Of a DNA stretch of 64,000 nt, positions 27,456-37,351 are shown piece after piece (positions within the stretch are counted from its first letter, which is position 1; every line of letters begins with the position of its first letter). Made by a program: the position numbers and the translations under genes. Origin of the DNA: an uncultured Caldisericota bacterium (lineage in GTDB: Bacteria; Caldisericota; Caldisericia; UBA6126). Under the pieces are notes generated by a model that searched no databases, was not told the origin of the DNA, and saw nothing but the letters and a program-made list of their open reading frames with translations. The stretch is taken from NCBI GenBank assembly GCA_964427915.1, contig CAYRWA010000061.1, positions 2,978 through 66,977 of the forward strand, in the 5' to 3' direction.

Positions 27456-30236
27456 ATGGCAGACAAAAAAATCATTCTTCGTGGTGCTCAGGTTCACAAC
27501 TTAAAGAATATTCATTTAACCTTGCCCAGAGACAAATTGATTGTAATTACGGGGCTCTCTGGTTCTGGTAAATCATCCCTTGCTTTTGATACTATTCATG
27601 CAGAAGGGCAGCGTCGATATTTAGAATCGTTGTCCTCGTATGTTCGTCAATTCATTGGTCAAATGAAAAAACCAGAAATCGACCATATTGAAGGTCTATC
27701 GCCTACTGTTGCAATAACACAAAAAACAAGCAGTCGAAACCCTCGATCTACCGTAGGCACATTAACAGAGATTTATGATTATATGAGACTTCTTTGGGCA
27801 CGAGCAGGAACACCTCATTGTCCTTCTTGTGGAAAAAAAATTGAAAGTCAATCGGTAGACCAAATTGTAGATTCAATCCTTGAACAATGGGATCATAAGA
27901 AGATTCAGATCGTAGCTCCCATAGCAAAACAAAAAAAGGGGGAATATAAAAATATATTCACCTCTTTGCGTAAAAAAGGATTTGTGCGAGTGTATGTAGA
28001 TGGTACCCTGTACGATTTGGATGATGACATTGTTTTAAAAAAAACACACAAGCACGATATATCCGTTGTAGTAGATCGAATGAAAGTAAACTCTGCTGAC
28101 CGAAGCAGAATAACAGACTCCGTGGAACAGGCTCTTCTTTTAGGCGACCATGTCCTTGATATTATGTATGAAGGCCAAGATAGCCAATGGAAGAGTAAAA
28201 CCTACTCTGAAACATTTGCATGTATTGACTGTAACATTTCTTTGCCTGAAATTGAGCCAAGGCTTTTTTCTTTTAACAATCCTTCAGGAGCTTGCCCAAA
28301 TTGTTCAGGTCTAGGTTTTGTGCGAAAAGTTGATCCAAGCCTTGTTGTTCCAGATCCTTCTCTGTCAATATCCAAAGGAGCCATTTTTGTACCTGGCTTC
28401 CGTAATACAAACGATAGCTATGTTCTTCGAAAGCTAGAACGGTATTTAAAAATGCACGGAGAAGATAGCAATACTCCATTCAAAGACCTTTCTCCTTCTA
28501 TGCAGCACATTCTACTGTACGGTAAAGGTCGTTTTGAAGGAATCATTCCAACCATAGAAAGGCGTCATAGAGAAACCTTGTCCGAATCTTCACGTTTGGA
28601 ATATGAAAAATATATGGTGACAACTCTTTGTTCTTCTTGCTCTGGAGCAAGGTTAAAACCAGAAGCATTAGCCATCACAATTCAAGAAAAAAACATCTTT
28701 GAAGCTTCCTCAATGTCAATACGAAACTTACTTGAATTCATGGAATCTCTTCATTTTTCTCCTTCAAAAACCATTATCGCTGCACGGATTTTAAAAGAGA
28801 TTACCCAACGGTTGCATTTTATTATCAATGTAGGCTTGGAGTACTTAAGTCTATCAAGATCCTCTGCTTCTCTATCTGGAGGGGAAGCACAAAGACTTCG
28901 ACTTGCCTCGCAAGTTGGTTCTGGATTAATGGGTGTATTGTACATTCTTGACGAACCAAGTATTGGCCTTCATCCAAAAGACAATGAAAAGCTTTTAGAC
29001 ACACTTATGAAACTTCGAGACACTGGCAACACTGTCATCGTTGTAGAACATGATGAAGAAACCATCCGGAAAGCGGATTACATTGTAGACATGGGTCCTC
29101 TTGCAGGAATTCAAGGAGGAGAAGTTGTTGCTCAAGGTACGTTGGAAGAAGTATTACAATCAGAGAAATCTCTTACTGCTCAATACTTGAATGGTACAAG
29201 GTCCATACCCCTTCCTGAAAAAAGACGAGAAGGCAATGGAGGTCAAATTGTTTTAAAGGGGGTTCAAGAACACAACCTCAACAATATTAATGTCACGTTC
29301 CCTCTTGGCAAAATTATTTGCGTGACTGGAGTTTCAGGTTCTGGAAAAAGTACGCTTATTAACGATGTTCTCTACAAGGCTCTCAAAAAAGAACTCGGGA
29401 GTCGCAATGTAAACCCTGGTAAATACAAGAATCTGCAAGGAGTAGAACATATACAAAAATGCATGCTTGTTGATCAAAATCCTATTGGTCGAACGCCTAG
29501 GTCCAACCCAGCCACATATGTTGGCTTATGGACTGAGATTCGAAAAATCTTTGCTGCACTACCTGAATCCAAGATAAGAGGGTATTCGCAGGGACGTTTT
29601 AGTTTTAATGTTCGTGGGGGTCGATGTGAAAGTTGCAAAGGCGATGGACTGGTCAAAGTAGAAATGCAGTTTTTACCAGACGTATATGTTCCTTGCGAAG
29701 TTTGTAAAGGAAAACGCTTTAATCGAGAAACGTTGGAAATTGAATATCGTGGATCCAATATAGTTGATGTTTTGAATATGACAGTAAATGAAGCCTTGGG
29801 TTTGTTCTCTGCTTACCCTCAAGCCGTTCGAAAACTATCCCTATTACAAAATGTTGGCTTAGGTTACATTACATTGGGACAATCTTCTACAACTTTATCG
29901 GGGGGAGAAGCACAACGTATCAAACTGGCTCTTGAGCTAAGCAAGCGAACCATTGGTCACACTTTATACATTTTAGACGAACCAACAACAGGCCTTCATT
30001 TTGAAGATATTAAAATGCTTCTATCTGTTTTGCATCAATTGGTTGATAAAGGAAACAGTATCATTATCATTGAACACAACATAGATGTTATTAAATGTTC
30101 CGATTACATTATTGATTTGGGTCCTGGAGGTGGTGAATTTGGAGGCAACGTAATTGTGCAGGGCTCTCCAGAAGATGTCATTCGTAATGCAAAAAGTTAT
30201 ACGGGTGCTTATTTGAAACCTTTTTTATTGCAATGA
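27456..30236 (+). CDS. uvrA: Excinuclease ABC subunit A
   Basis: Two ABC modules (GLSGSGKSS, GVSGSGKST; LSGGEAQR twice). Zn-finger Cys pairs CPSCGKK, CPNCSGLG and CESCKGDG..CEVCKGKR. Length 926 aa. Confidence 0.95.
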   Translation: MADKKIILRGAQVHNLKNIHLTLPRDKLIVITGLSGSGKSSLAFDTIHAEGQRRYLESLSSYVRQFIGQMKKPEIDHIEGLSPTVAITQKTSSRNPRSTVGTLTEIYDYMRLLWARAGTPHCPSCGKKIESQSVDQIVDSILEQWDHKKIQIVAPIAKQKKGEYKNIFTSLRKKGFVRVYVDGTLYDLDDDIVLKKTHKHDISVVVDRMKVNSADRSRITDSVEQALLLGDHVLDIMYEGQDSQWKSKTYSETFACIDCNISLPEIEPRLFSFNNPSGACPNCSGLGFVRKVDPSLVVPDPSLSISKGAIFVPGFRNTNDSYVLRKLERYLKMHGEDSNTPFKDLSPSMQHILLYGKGRFEGIIPTIERRHRETLSESSRLEYEKYMVTTLCSSCSGARLKPEALAITIQEKNIFEASSMSIRNLLEFMESLHFSPSKTIIAARILKEITQRLHFIINVGLEYLSLSRSSASLSGGEAQRLRLASQVGSGLMGVLYILDEPSIGLHPKDNEKLLDTLMKLRDTGNTVIVVEHDEETIRKADYIVDMGPLAGIQGGEVVAQGTLEEVLQSEKSLTAQYLNGTRSIPLPEKRREGNGGQIVLKGVQEHNLNNINVTFPLGKIICVTGVSGSGKSTLINDVLYKALKKELGSRNVNPGKYKNLQGVEHIQKCMLVDQNPIGRTPRSNPATYVGLWTEIRKIFAALPESKIRGYSQGRFSFNVRGGRCESCKGDGLVKVEMQFLPDVYVPCEVCKGKRFNRETLEIEYRGSNIVDVLNMTVNEALGLFSAYPQAVRKLSLLQNVGLGYITLGQSSTTLSGGEAQRIKLALELSKRTIGHTLYILDEPTTGLHFEDIKMLLSVLHQLVDKGNSIIIIEHNIDVIKCSDYIIDLGPGGGEFGGNVIVQGSPEDVIRNAKSYTGAYLKPFLLQ

Positions 30237-30245
30237 AAGGATTGT

Positions 30246-31016
30246 ATGTTACTAAGAAAACCACTATCCATTCGAAGTGATATTTTATCAATAACCGGTA
30301 CTAGTGAAGAGTACTTTGCAGATACATGGCTTCATGCTTTTCAAATGCCTCAAAACCATCAGCTTACAATGGCCATTGCAAGTCCAACGTTTTGTAGTTC
30401 TACAAACAAAACACCTAGTGAATATGCTATATCCCGCCTTGGAACTATCATTGCTGAAAAGCATCATCTAGAAGAAGAACAAAAACCCAAAGATTTCTAT
30501 ACTCGTGTTTTCTCCCTTATCCAAGAAGGTTTGCAAAAACGTTCTATCAAAACCAATACTGACATGACAACATCATTGCTCGTTGTGACCATTGATGATT
30601 CTAACATTGCCCATTATTGCAATGCAGGATATTGCAAAGCCTTGCTTTGGAATAAAAATTCTTTGTTTAGTCTGACCCCAACTTCCAATAGTGACAGTCA
30701 AATATCACTTCCTCTGGGTATGATAGATCCCATAAAACTGTCCGTAACAAAGCCAGAGATTGAGTATTCACAAGTCCGTCTTAGAAAGTGCAATGCTATT
30801 GTTCTACTTTCTCCTGGTATCATTGAGAAAAACGATATGCCACAGAAAATAAAAAAAATCCTATTCGATAACAGCGACACAAAAGTTCTATGTCACCGAA
30901 TTATGGATGCATATCAGAAAAGCATGCAGGGATCTCAAGAACAAGAAAGTTCCGATGTGGATGATTCTCACGGTGAGGATTCCAAAACAATAATTGGATG
31001 CATCTATATCGGGTAA
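30246..31016 (+). CDS. Hypothetical protein, possibly a degenerate PP2C/SpoIIE-like fold
   Basis: LLVVTIDDSNIAHYCNAGYCKALLW, ISLPLGM and AIVLLSPGIIE follow the spacing of SpoIIE/PP2C blocks. The metal-binding Asp positions appear substituted (SPG instead of TDG). Weak call. Confidence 0.3.
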   Translation: MLLRKPLSIRSDILSITGTSEEYFADTWLHAFQMPQNHQLTMAIASPTFCSSTNKTPSEYAISRLGTIIAEKHHLEEEQKPKDFYTRVFSLIQEGLQKRSIKTNTDMTTSLLVVTIDDSNIAHYCNAGYCKALLWNKNSLFSLTPTSNSDSQISLPLGMIDPIKLSVTKPEIEYSQVRLRKCNAIVLLSPGIIEKNDMPQKIKKILFDNSDTKVLCHRIMDAYQKSMQGSQEQESSDVDDSHGEDSKTIIGCIYIG

Positions 31017-31028
31017 ATAGGAGAAAGA

Positions 31029-32246
31029 ATGAAAACAAGTGGTGAAAAAAAGATTGATTGGGTGCGAAAACATATGCCTCTTCTCTCTTTGCTTGAAAAA
31101 CAATTGCAAGATACTGCTCCTTTTAAAAATTTGACGATTGCAATCTGCATTCATTTAGAAGCCAAAACAGCCAGACTTGCAGAGATACTTGTCCAAGGAG
31201 GTGCCAAGGTCCTTTTGTCAAGTAGCAACACGCTTTCAACACAAGACGATGTGGCTACTGCTATTGCAGAACATGGAGTACAAGTTTTTGCCAAACATGG
31301 TTGTACAGAAGCAGAATACAATTCTTTCCTTGATCAAATGCTGCAACAAAAACCCGACATCATTTTGGATGATGGAGGAGATCTGACACACCTCTTGCAT
31401 GAAAAATACGCCCACCAAATTCCTTCAATGCTAGGTGGATGCGAAGAAACTACCACCGGGGTTATCCGATTGCAGTCTCGATACAGACAAAAGAAGTTGC
31501 AATTACCTATGATTTTGGTCAACAATGCCCATTCCAAATATCTTTTTGATAATCGATATGGAACGGGTCAATCAGTATGGACTTCTATTATGAATGTTAC
31601 AAACCTTATTGTTGCGGGGAAAAATGTTGTAGTGTCTGGATATGGATGGTGCGGAAAAGGGGTTGCAAATCGAGCTAAAGCACTGGGAGCTTCTGTGATT
31701 ATAACAGAAGTGAATCCGATTAAGGCAATGGAAGCTCACATGGATGGATTTCGAGTTATGACGATGGACAATGCTGCACCCTTAGGAGATATTTTTATCA
31801 CTGTAACCGGTTGCAAAGAAGTAATCTCCTCATCCCATTTTGACCTTCTTAAAAACAATGCCATTCTTTGCAATGCAGGACATTTTAACGTAGAAGTAGA
31901 CATGAAAGCTTTAGAACTCAAAACAGTTAGTAAAAAGAATGTTAGGGAGCATGTTTCACTACATATACTCAACAATGGCAATCGAATTCATGTCCTAGCA
32001 GATGGTAAATTAGTAAACCTTGCCTCGGGAGATGGTCATCCTGCAGAAATCATGGATTTATCATTTGCTTTGCAGGTTTTATCTGCTTTGTATCTGGTTC
32101 AAAACAAACTACCAATTGGTCTTTATTCTGTTCCCGCTAGTATTGACAATCAAGTTGCCTCCATGAAACTTCAATCATTAGGTCTTTCTATCGATCAGTT
32201 GACCTCCTCTCAAAAAGATTATATAGAGTCATCGTCCATCGATTAG
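31029..32246 (+). CDS. ahcY: Adenosylhomocysteinase (short form)
   Basis: KIDWVRKHMPLL, DDGGDL, GCEETTTGV, the Rossmann motif SGYGWCGKG, and NAGHFNVE. Length 405 aa. Confidence 0.9.
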   Translation: MKTSGEKKIDWVRKHMPLLSLLEKQLQDTAPFKNLTIAICIHLEAKTARLAEILVQGGAKVLLSSSNTLSTQDDVATAIAEHGVQVFAKHGCTEAEYNSFLDQMLQQKPDIILDDGGDLTHLLHEKYAHQIPSMLGGCEETTTGVIRLQSRYRQKKLQLPMILVNNAHSKYLFDNRYGTGQSVWTSIMNVTNLIVAGKNVVVSGYGWCGKGVANRAKALGASVIITEVNPIKAMEAHMDGFRVMTMDNAAPLGDIFITVTGCKEVISSSHFDLLKNNAILCNAGHFNVEVDMKALELKTVSKKNVREHVSLHILNNGNRIHVLADGKLVNLASGDGHPAEIMDLSFALQVLSALYLVQNKLPIGLYSVPASIDNQVASMKLQSLGLSIDQLTSSQKDYIESSSID

Positions 32247-32308
32247 AAACTCTTCTTTTGCTTCTCATTTTTCCGCATCTCTTCCTTTAAAACTACTACT
32301 TTTTGTAT

Positions 32309-32314
32309 TATACT
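32309..32314 (+). promoter_or_regulatory. Putative -10 box (TATACT) 6 nt upstream of the smpB ATG at 32321: leaderless-type promoter
   Basis: ttgtatTATACTtcttgcATG, with no SD. Confidence 0.35.
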
Positions 32315-32320
32315 TCTTGC

Positions 32321-32770
32321 ATGAAGCAGGAACAACAAGGTTTACAATCAATTGCATTGAACAAAAAGGCTTTTCATGACTATCATATAATACAAAAAAT
32401 GGAAGCTGGTATTGTTCTTTCTGGACCAGAAATTAAAGCCATTCGTGCTAGACGGGTTAATTTTGTAGATAGTTATGTCACCATTGAAGAAGGACAGGCT
32501 TGGCTACACAATCTGCACATCCAGGCAGATGTTTCTTATGGAACCTATAATCCCACCCATAAACGAAAGCTTCTACTTCACAAAAAAGAAATTCACAAGC
32601 TTTCCCAGAAAGTTTTTCAAAAAGGCCTAACAATCATTCCTCTTCAAGTCGTGCTAAAGAATCAATGGGCAAAAGTAATCATTGGTCTTGCACAAGGAAA
32701 GACAAAATACGATAAACGTCAAGCACTGAAAAAGAAAGAGGAACGAAGAGAAGTAAGGAATATCCTATGA
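32321..32770 (+). CDS. smpB: SsrA-binding protein SmpB
   Basis: NKKAFHDYHI, GIVLSGPEIKAIR, the KRKLLLHKKEI block, and a basic C-terminal tail. I prefer the ATG at 32321 to the ORF-track TTG at 32303. Confidence 0.9.
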   Translation: MKQEQQGLQSIALNKKAFHDYHIIQKMEAGIVLSGPEIKAIRARRVNFVDSYVTIEEGQAWLHNLHIQADVSYGTYNPTHKRKLLLHKKEIHKLSQKVFQKGLTIIPLQVVLKNQWAKVIIGLAQGKTKYDKRQALKKKEERREVRNIL

Positions 32771-35700
32771 AACTATGTAAAAACCAAACCCTCGGCTCTA
32801 AATGTATTCGCATTGTTATAAGTGTTCTATTGTGGAGTTCTCTATTTCAACTACCCTCCAATGCTGAAACCTTACGATATGCCCTGATCAACCCCGTTGT
32901 AAATGTCAGAAATGCAACCTCTACAAAAGGTGATGTGGTATATGTTATTGAAACTCCTGGAGAATACCTTATTTTGCAAGAAAGCAAAGATGCTGAAGGA
33001 AAGATATGGTACAAAATTCAAATATCAGAAGATTTGAATGGTTTTGTTGCAAGCTGGGTGGTTGACTCTGTTCGAACGGCTGAAAAAGAAACCCCTATCG
33101 AAGGTATGGTTGTGGTTATCGAGCCCGGCGTAAAGATACGCACCAGACCAAGCTTGCATGCTTCCATTCATTACATTACCAGAGACCAAGAAGAGAAGCA
33201 AGTCTTTGCTTCTATGAACGATGAAAACAACCGTAAATGGTACAAAATTCAAATTGAAGGACAACAGTATGCCTGGGTTGCAAGCTGGGTGGTTCAAACC
33301 AAAACGACAACCACAGAACAAAAAAGTGCAACCGATAAGTTAATTGTTTGTGATTCCGTTAATGTTCGCAAAGGTCCAGGATTAGACTATCCTGTTGTGT
33401 ATTTTGTTTCTTCTCACCTGGAAACAAGAGGCATTGCAGAAGAAACAGACACAAGTGGTAAGGTTTGGTATAAAATTCGACTCCCAAACAATATAGAGGG
33501 TTGGGTTGCAAGCTGGGTGGTTAAAGTACAAAATTGGTCTGATCAGAAACAGCAAGTCACCAATAAAATATGTGCTATCGAACCTCCCGTAAATATTCGT
33601 TCTGGGCCTTCCACTTCGGCATCTACCATAACTACTGTTGATCGATATGGGGAATTTGAAATACTGTACCAATCCAAAGACATGAATGGTAAACTCTGGT
33701 ACGAGATACGTATCGACAAAGGTACTGGTTGGGTTGCAAGCTGGGTGGTTACTGTAAAAAATGTAGGGGATAACAATGAAACACTGCAAGCTGTAAATGT
33801 TCGCAGTGGTCCTGGTAATACTTATGACAAAGTATTCGAAATACCCCCCGGAACACCATTTACTGTTCAAGGTTCTATGATATCGGTACATGACGATGTT
33901 TGGTTTCAGATATTGATGGGTGGAAAAATTGGCTGGGTGTTTCATGAACTGGTTCGAGTTTCCCAACCACCTTCTCTCCCAGAAATATACCTGAACCAAT
34001 TAGTAGCAACCAAAACTCTGTCTTCAACTTTGCCCCTGTTTGAAGGACCTGGCGAAGCGTACAAAAAGATTCAGACAGAATCTCCTCCGTCGTCTATTCA
34101 AATTTCCGCCATAGCAAAAAACAATCAGGATCAGACATGGTTTCAGTTTTCAACGAACGGTACTATTGCGTGGATTCAAGAACAATGGCTAAATTTATCA
34201 GTAGAACCTGGATCATCGGAAACCCCTTCTCATAAACTTCAGAAAATAGAGTGGATGGATCGATTGGATAGTGTGAATTTTACTCTATCGTTTGTAAATG
34301 AAGGTCTCATATCCTATGAAAGTTATCAACTTCAAAATCCCAATCGTAGCATTATAGAAATTAAGAACTGCATCCTTGAGTTCCCCGATGACCCCCAAAA
34401 AGAGGAAGCCTTGCTAGTGGTTCAAAAACAAGGCATTCTCACTGCTCATATCTTTCAGTTCTCGCTTCGTCCAAACATTGTTCGACTGGTTGTTGAATCT
34501 TCAACAGACGTTCGTTTTGTGACAGAAAGAGATGAAGATTCGCTTGTTTTCCGATTCATGGATTATACCAATTATGCTGGACCGAAGCTTACAATTAATG
34601 GTGTTCAGCTAGAGAATCAATTAGTATTGAAAGAGTACAAGGGGCATCTGTATGCTCCTCTAAAAGACATTGCTCAAACCATTCGAGGAACTGTTTCGTG
34701 GGATAATATAAATCAGCAAGCCATTTTACAAGCTGGCAATACAATGTATGGTTTTAAGTCAAACAATAAAAATGTGTACATAAAGTCAAGCAGGGAAGAT
34801 AGAATCGCAATTCAAAATCCCATCGTATCGTTTAATTCCCTTCTTTATGTACCAATAGCCGATTGTGACACCATTTTTAATGCCCACCTTTATGCAATTG
34901 GAAACCACTACTACTTAGACAACAAACTTACAGAAGTTACATTGGATCAAAGATTTAATGCAAGTATATTTTCTTTTCAGTTTGTATTCCCCGTATCTCA
35001 TACTATTGCAAAAGAAGAAAATCGTATCACCCTTCATATCCCCAATTCCACCCTTTCTTCCTCTCTTACCCCGCCCGTCGAATCCGAATGGATCAAAGCA
35101 AATTCTTTTGCTCGCACAATGAAAAAACAATCTGAAGCGACAATCGTTCTTTCTACTATTACAAAATCACAAATTGAAACCGCTTTTATGTCTACAGATA
35201 ACCGCTTGATTGTAACATTAAAACCTGTTTTGGAAAAAGGCTTACAAAATAAAATTATTGCTATTGATCCTGGTCATGGTTCTTTTCGAAACAACGACTA
35301 TTACGATGCAGGGGGAATTGGCCCTACGGGACTTTTAGAAAGTTCTGTAAACGTAAAGATTGCCTTAAAATTGAAAGCATTGCTTGAAGAAAATGGTGCT
35401 AAAGTAATTCTTACAAGAGAAAAAGAACAAGACAAGATAAGCCCTGACCTTACATCTCGCATTGAAATGGTAAATACCAGTGGCGCTGATATGTTTATTT
35501 CCATTCACCAGAATGCATCTATGAATCATAAAGTGAAGGGTATCCAGTGTTTTTATTGGCATTCCTCTTCAAAAACAATTGCAGACACAATATCCGATTC
35601 TATATCAAAAGAAACTGGCCTGGAGATCTATCAAATCCTCCGACGCAAACTTGCCATCATTGATTCAATCACGGCGATGCCAGCCATACTGATTGAAACG

Positions 35701-35808
35701 ACAGCCATTTCAAACCCCGAAGAAGAAAAAATGTTACAATCTGACAGCTTTCTTTCCTTAATCACTGAAGGAATGTTAAAAGGAATCGAAACCTATTTTC
35801 ATCAGTGA
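32767..35808 (+). CDS. Secreted cell-wall hydrolase: multiple SH3b repeats, AMIN-like and copper-amine-oxidase-N-like modules, C-terminal N-acetylmuramoyl-L-alanine amidase (Amidase_3)
   Basis: Signal peptide. At least 5 repeats of VNVR.GPS..(x)..WYKI...G.GWVASWVV. Amidase_3 blocks IIAIDPGHGS, DMFISIHQNA and PAILIETTAISNPEE. Confidence 0.8.
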   Translation: MKLCKNQTLGSKCIRIVISVLLWSSLFQLPSNAETLRYALINPVVNVRNATSTKGDVVYVIETPGEYLILQESKDAEGKIWYKIQISEDLNGFVASWVVDSVRTAEKETPIEGMVVVIEPGVKIRTRPSLHASIHYITRDQEEKQVFASMNDENNRKWYKIQIEGQQYAWVASWVVQTKTTTTEQKSATDKLIVCDSVNVRKGPGLDYPVVYFVSSHLETRGIAEETDTSGKVWYKIRLPNNIEGWVASWVVKVQNWSDQKQQVTNKICAIEPPVNIRSGPSTSASTITTVDRYGEFEILYQSKDMNGKLWYEIRIDKGTGWVASWVVTVKNVGDNNETLQAVNVRSGPGNTYDKVFEIPPGTPFTVQGSMISVHDDVWFQILMGGKIGWVFHELVRVSQPPSLPEIYLNQLVATKTLSSTLPLFEGPGEAYKKIQTESPPSSIQISAIAKNNQDQTWFQFSTNGTIAWIQEQWLNLSVEPGSSETPSHKLQKIEWMDRLDSVNFTLSFVNEGLISYESYQLQNPNRSIIEIKNCILEFPDDPQKEEALLVVQKQGILTAHIFQFSLRPNIVRLVVESSTDVRFVTERDEDSLVFRFMDYTNYAGPKLTINGVQLENQLVLKEYKGHLYAPLKDIAQTIRGTVSWDNINQQAILQAGNTMYGFKSNNKNVYIKSSREDRIAIQNPIVSFNSLLYVPIADCDTIFNAHLYAIGNHYYLDNKLTEVTLDQRFNASIFSFQFVFPVSHTIAKEENRITLHIPNSTLSSSLTPPVESEWIKANSFARTMKKQSEATIVLSTITKSQIETAFMSTDNRLIVTLKPVLEKGLQNKIIAIDPGHGSFRNNDYYDAGGIGPTGLLESSVNVKIALKLKALLEENGAKVILTREKEQDKISPDLTSRIEMVNTSGADMFISIHQNASMNHKVKGIQCFYWHSSSKTIADTISDSISKETGLEIYQILRRKLAIIDSITAMPAILIETTAISNPEEEKMLQSDSFLSLITEGMLKGIETYFHQ
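33046..33750 (+). repeat. Intragenic tandem SH3b-coding repeats, period 228-231 nt, with an identical 18-nt core
   Basis: GTTGCAAGCTGGGTGGTT occurs exactly at 33046, 33277, 33505 and 33733. The flanking repeat sequence is much more diverged. Confidence 0.85.
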
Positions 35809-35830
35809 CTTGAAAACCCGTTTTTTTCTG

Positions 35831-35836
35831 TATAAT
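35831..35836 (+). promoter_or_regulatory. Putative -10 box (TATAAT) for tRNA-Arg(ACG)
   Basis: ctgTATAAT ends 13 nt before the mature tRNA 5' end. Confidence 0.4.
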
Positions 35837-35849
35837 AGTATCACTACAT

Positions 35850-35923
<74 letters not shown>

Positions 35924-36001
35924 TTTTTTTCTCCCCCATCATTGCAAGAATCTTTCTACTACGCTATCCTTTTCTTAATATGAATTGCATTGGAGGTTCC
36001 T

Positions 36002-37342
36002 ATGTTTGTATTTCCAAAAGGGTTTTATGCTGATGTCAGAATTGAGACTGTTTTTGAGACCACAATTCGTTGTACACAAAATACAATAGAAGACCTTAAA
36101 GAAAAAGAATACAAGGCAGCATTTATTCGATTGTTTGATGGTAGAATGTGGTATTATAGCTCAACAACTGATATTGCATCCATTCAACAGGAAATCGATA
36201 CCCTTGCCTCCGTTGGACATCCCTTTCCAACTATAGAACAACATCCAGTTGTACAAAATTTTGAAGTACACAACGTCCATCAAGAAGAATTCACGGGGCC
36301 AACATCTGTTTGTTCCATTTCCAAACAAGACAAACGTACTCTCCTTGAGGATTATTCTGACCTTCTCAATCAAAACAAGCACATAAAGCATTGGAAAAGC
36401 TACTATGTCGACAAGAGAGAAGTAAAGGATTTTTATTCTTCAAAAGGTTCGCGAGTCTATTATGACTACGAAGATGCTGGTTTGGCGCTGTACTACGACA
36501 TGGTTTTGGGAGATACAAAGTTTTCCGATCGATTTGATACCAATGCAGTGTCTTTTGAAAAACTGAAAGGGCTTTCGTCAACCATTGAAAAGCATATTGC
36601 AGCATCCGATCAATTTCTGTGTGATTCAAAGCCTGTTAAAAAGGGGGCTTACACAACAGTTTTGTCACCATTAGCAGCTGGTATTTTTGCTCATGAAAGC
36701 TTCGGGCATAAAAGTGAATCGGATTTTATGGTGGGAGACGAAACGATGAGAAAGGAATGGACTATCGGAAAACAAGTAGGTTCTCCTCTTCTATCTATCA
36801 TCGACACCGGAACATTACCGGGAAAAGGATATGTTCCTTTTGACGATGAAGGTACAAAGGCAAAGGTCAATTACCTAGTCAAAAAAGGCTTCTTACATGG
36901 TCGCCTTCACAGTGTATCTACTGCAACAGCCTTGGAAGAATCTCCAACAGGAAATGCAAGAGCTATGAATTTTGAGTTTGAACCCATTGTGCGAATGACC
37001 ACAACCTACATTGAAAAAGGAGATCTTTCATTTGATGATCTTTTAGCTGATATTCACGAGGGTATTTATGTTGACACTGTAAAACATGGTTCTGGTATGT
37101 CTACGTTTACACTAGCCCCAGCACGAAGCTATATGATTCGAAAAGGAAAACTTGCTGAACCTGTTCAAATATCTGTTATTACTGGCAATGTTTTTAAAAC
37201 ATTGAATGACATTGAGGGCCTATCTAATTCATTGGAAATTCCAGGCTTTACATTGGGAGGGTGTGGTAAAATGGAACAACACCCTTTACGAGTTAGTTTT
37301 GGAGGTCCTGACATTCGCATCAAACAACTGAATATCCAATAG
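36002..37342 (+). CDS. tldD: TldD-family metalloprotease
   Basis: HExxxH site HESFGH. C-terminal GGCGK and GGPDIRI blocks. GGAGG RBS before the ATG at 36002. Confidence 0.8.
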   Translation: MFVFPKGFYADVRIETVFETTIRCTQNTIEDLKEKEYKAAFIRLFDGRMWYYSSTTDIASIQQEIDTLASVGHPFPTIEQHPVVQNFEVHNVHQEEFTGPTSVCSISKQDKRTLLEDYSDLLNQNKHIKHWKSYYVDKREVKDFYSSKGSRVYYDYEDAGLALYYDMVLGDTKFSDRFDTNAVSFEKLKGLSSTIEKHIAASDQFLCDSKPVKKGAYTTVLSPLAAGIFAHESFGHKSESDFMVGDETMRKEWTIGKQVGSPLLSIIDTGTLPGKGYVPFDDEGTKAKVNYLVKKGFLHGRLHSVSTATALEESPTGNARAMNFEFEPIVRMTTTYIEKGDLSFDDLLADIHEGIYVDTVKHGSGMSTFTLAPARSYMIRKGKLAEPVQISVITGNVFKTLNDIEGLSNSLEIPGFTLGGCGKMEQHPLRVSFGGPDIRIKQLNIQ

Positions 37343-37351
37343 GAGACAACG

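Noticed and set aside
32247-32320. Looked for a tmRNA (ssrA) gene next to smpB.
   Set aside because: The flanking gaps are too short (74 nt upstream, none downstream). No tRNA-Ala-like acceptor/T-arm or GGGG-starting tmRNA 5' end is present.
33046-33063. The repeated core contains AGCTGGGTGG, reminiscent of the E. coli Chi site GCTGGTGG.
   Set aside because: It differs by an inserted G. Chi sequences are lineage-specific, and four copies inside one gene are better explained by the protein repeat.
33382-33999. 205-aa minus-strand ORF with a recurring NHPACNP peptide.
   Set aside because: It is antisense to the SH3b repeat array. Its periodic peptide is simply the reverse complement of the repeated GTTGCAAGCTGGGTGGTT core. 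It has no RBS and no independent coding signal.
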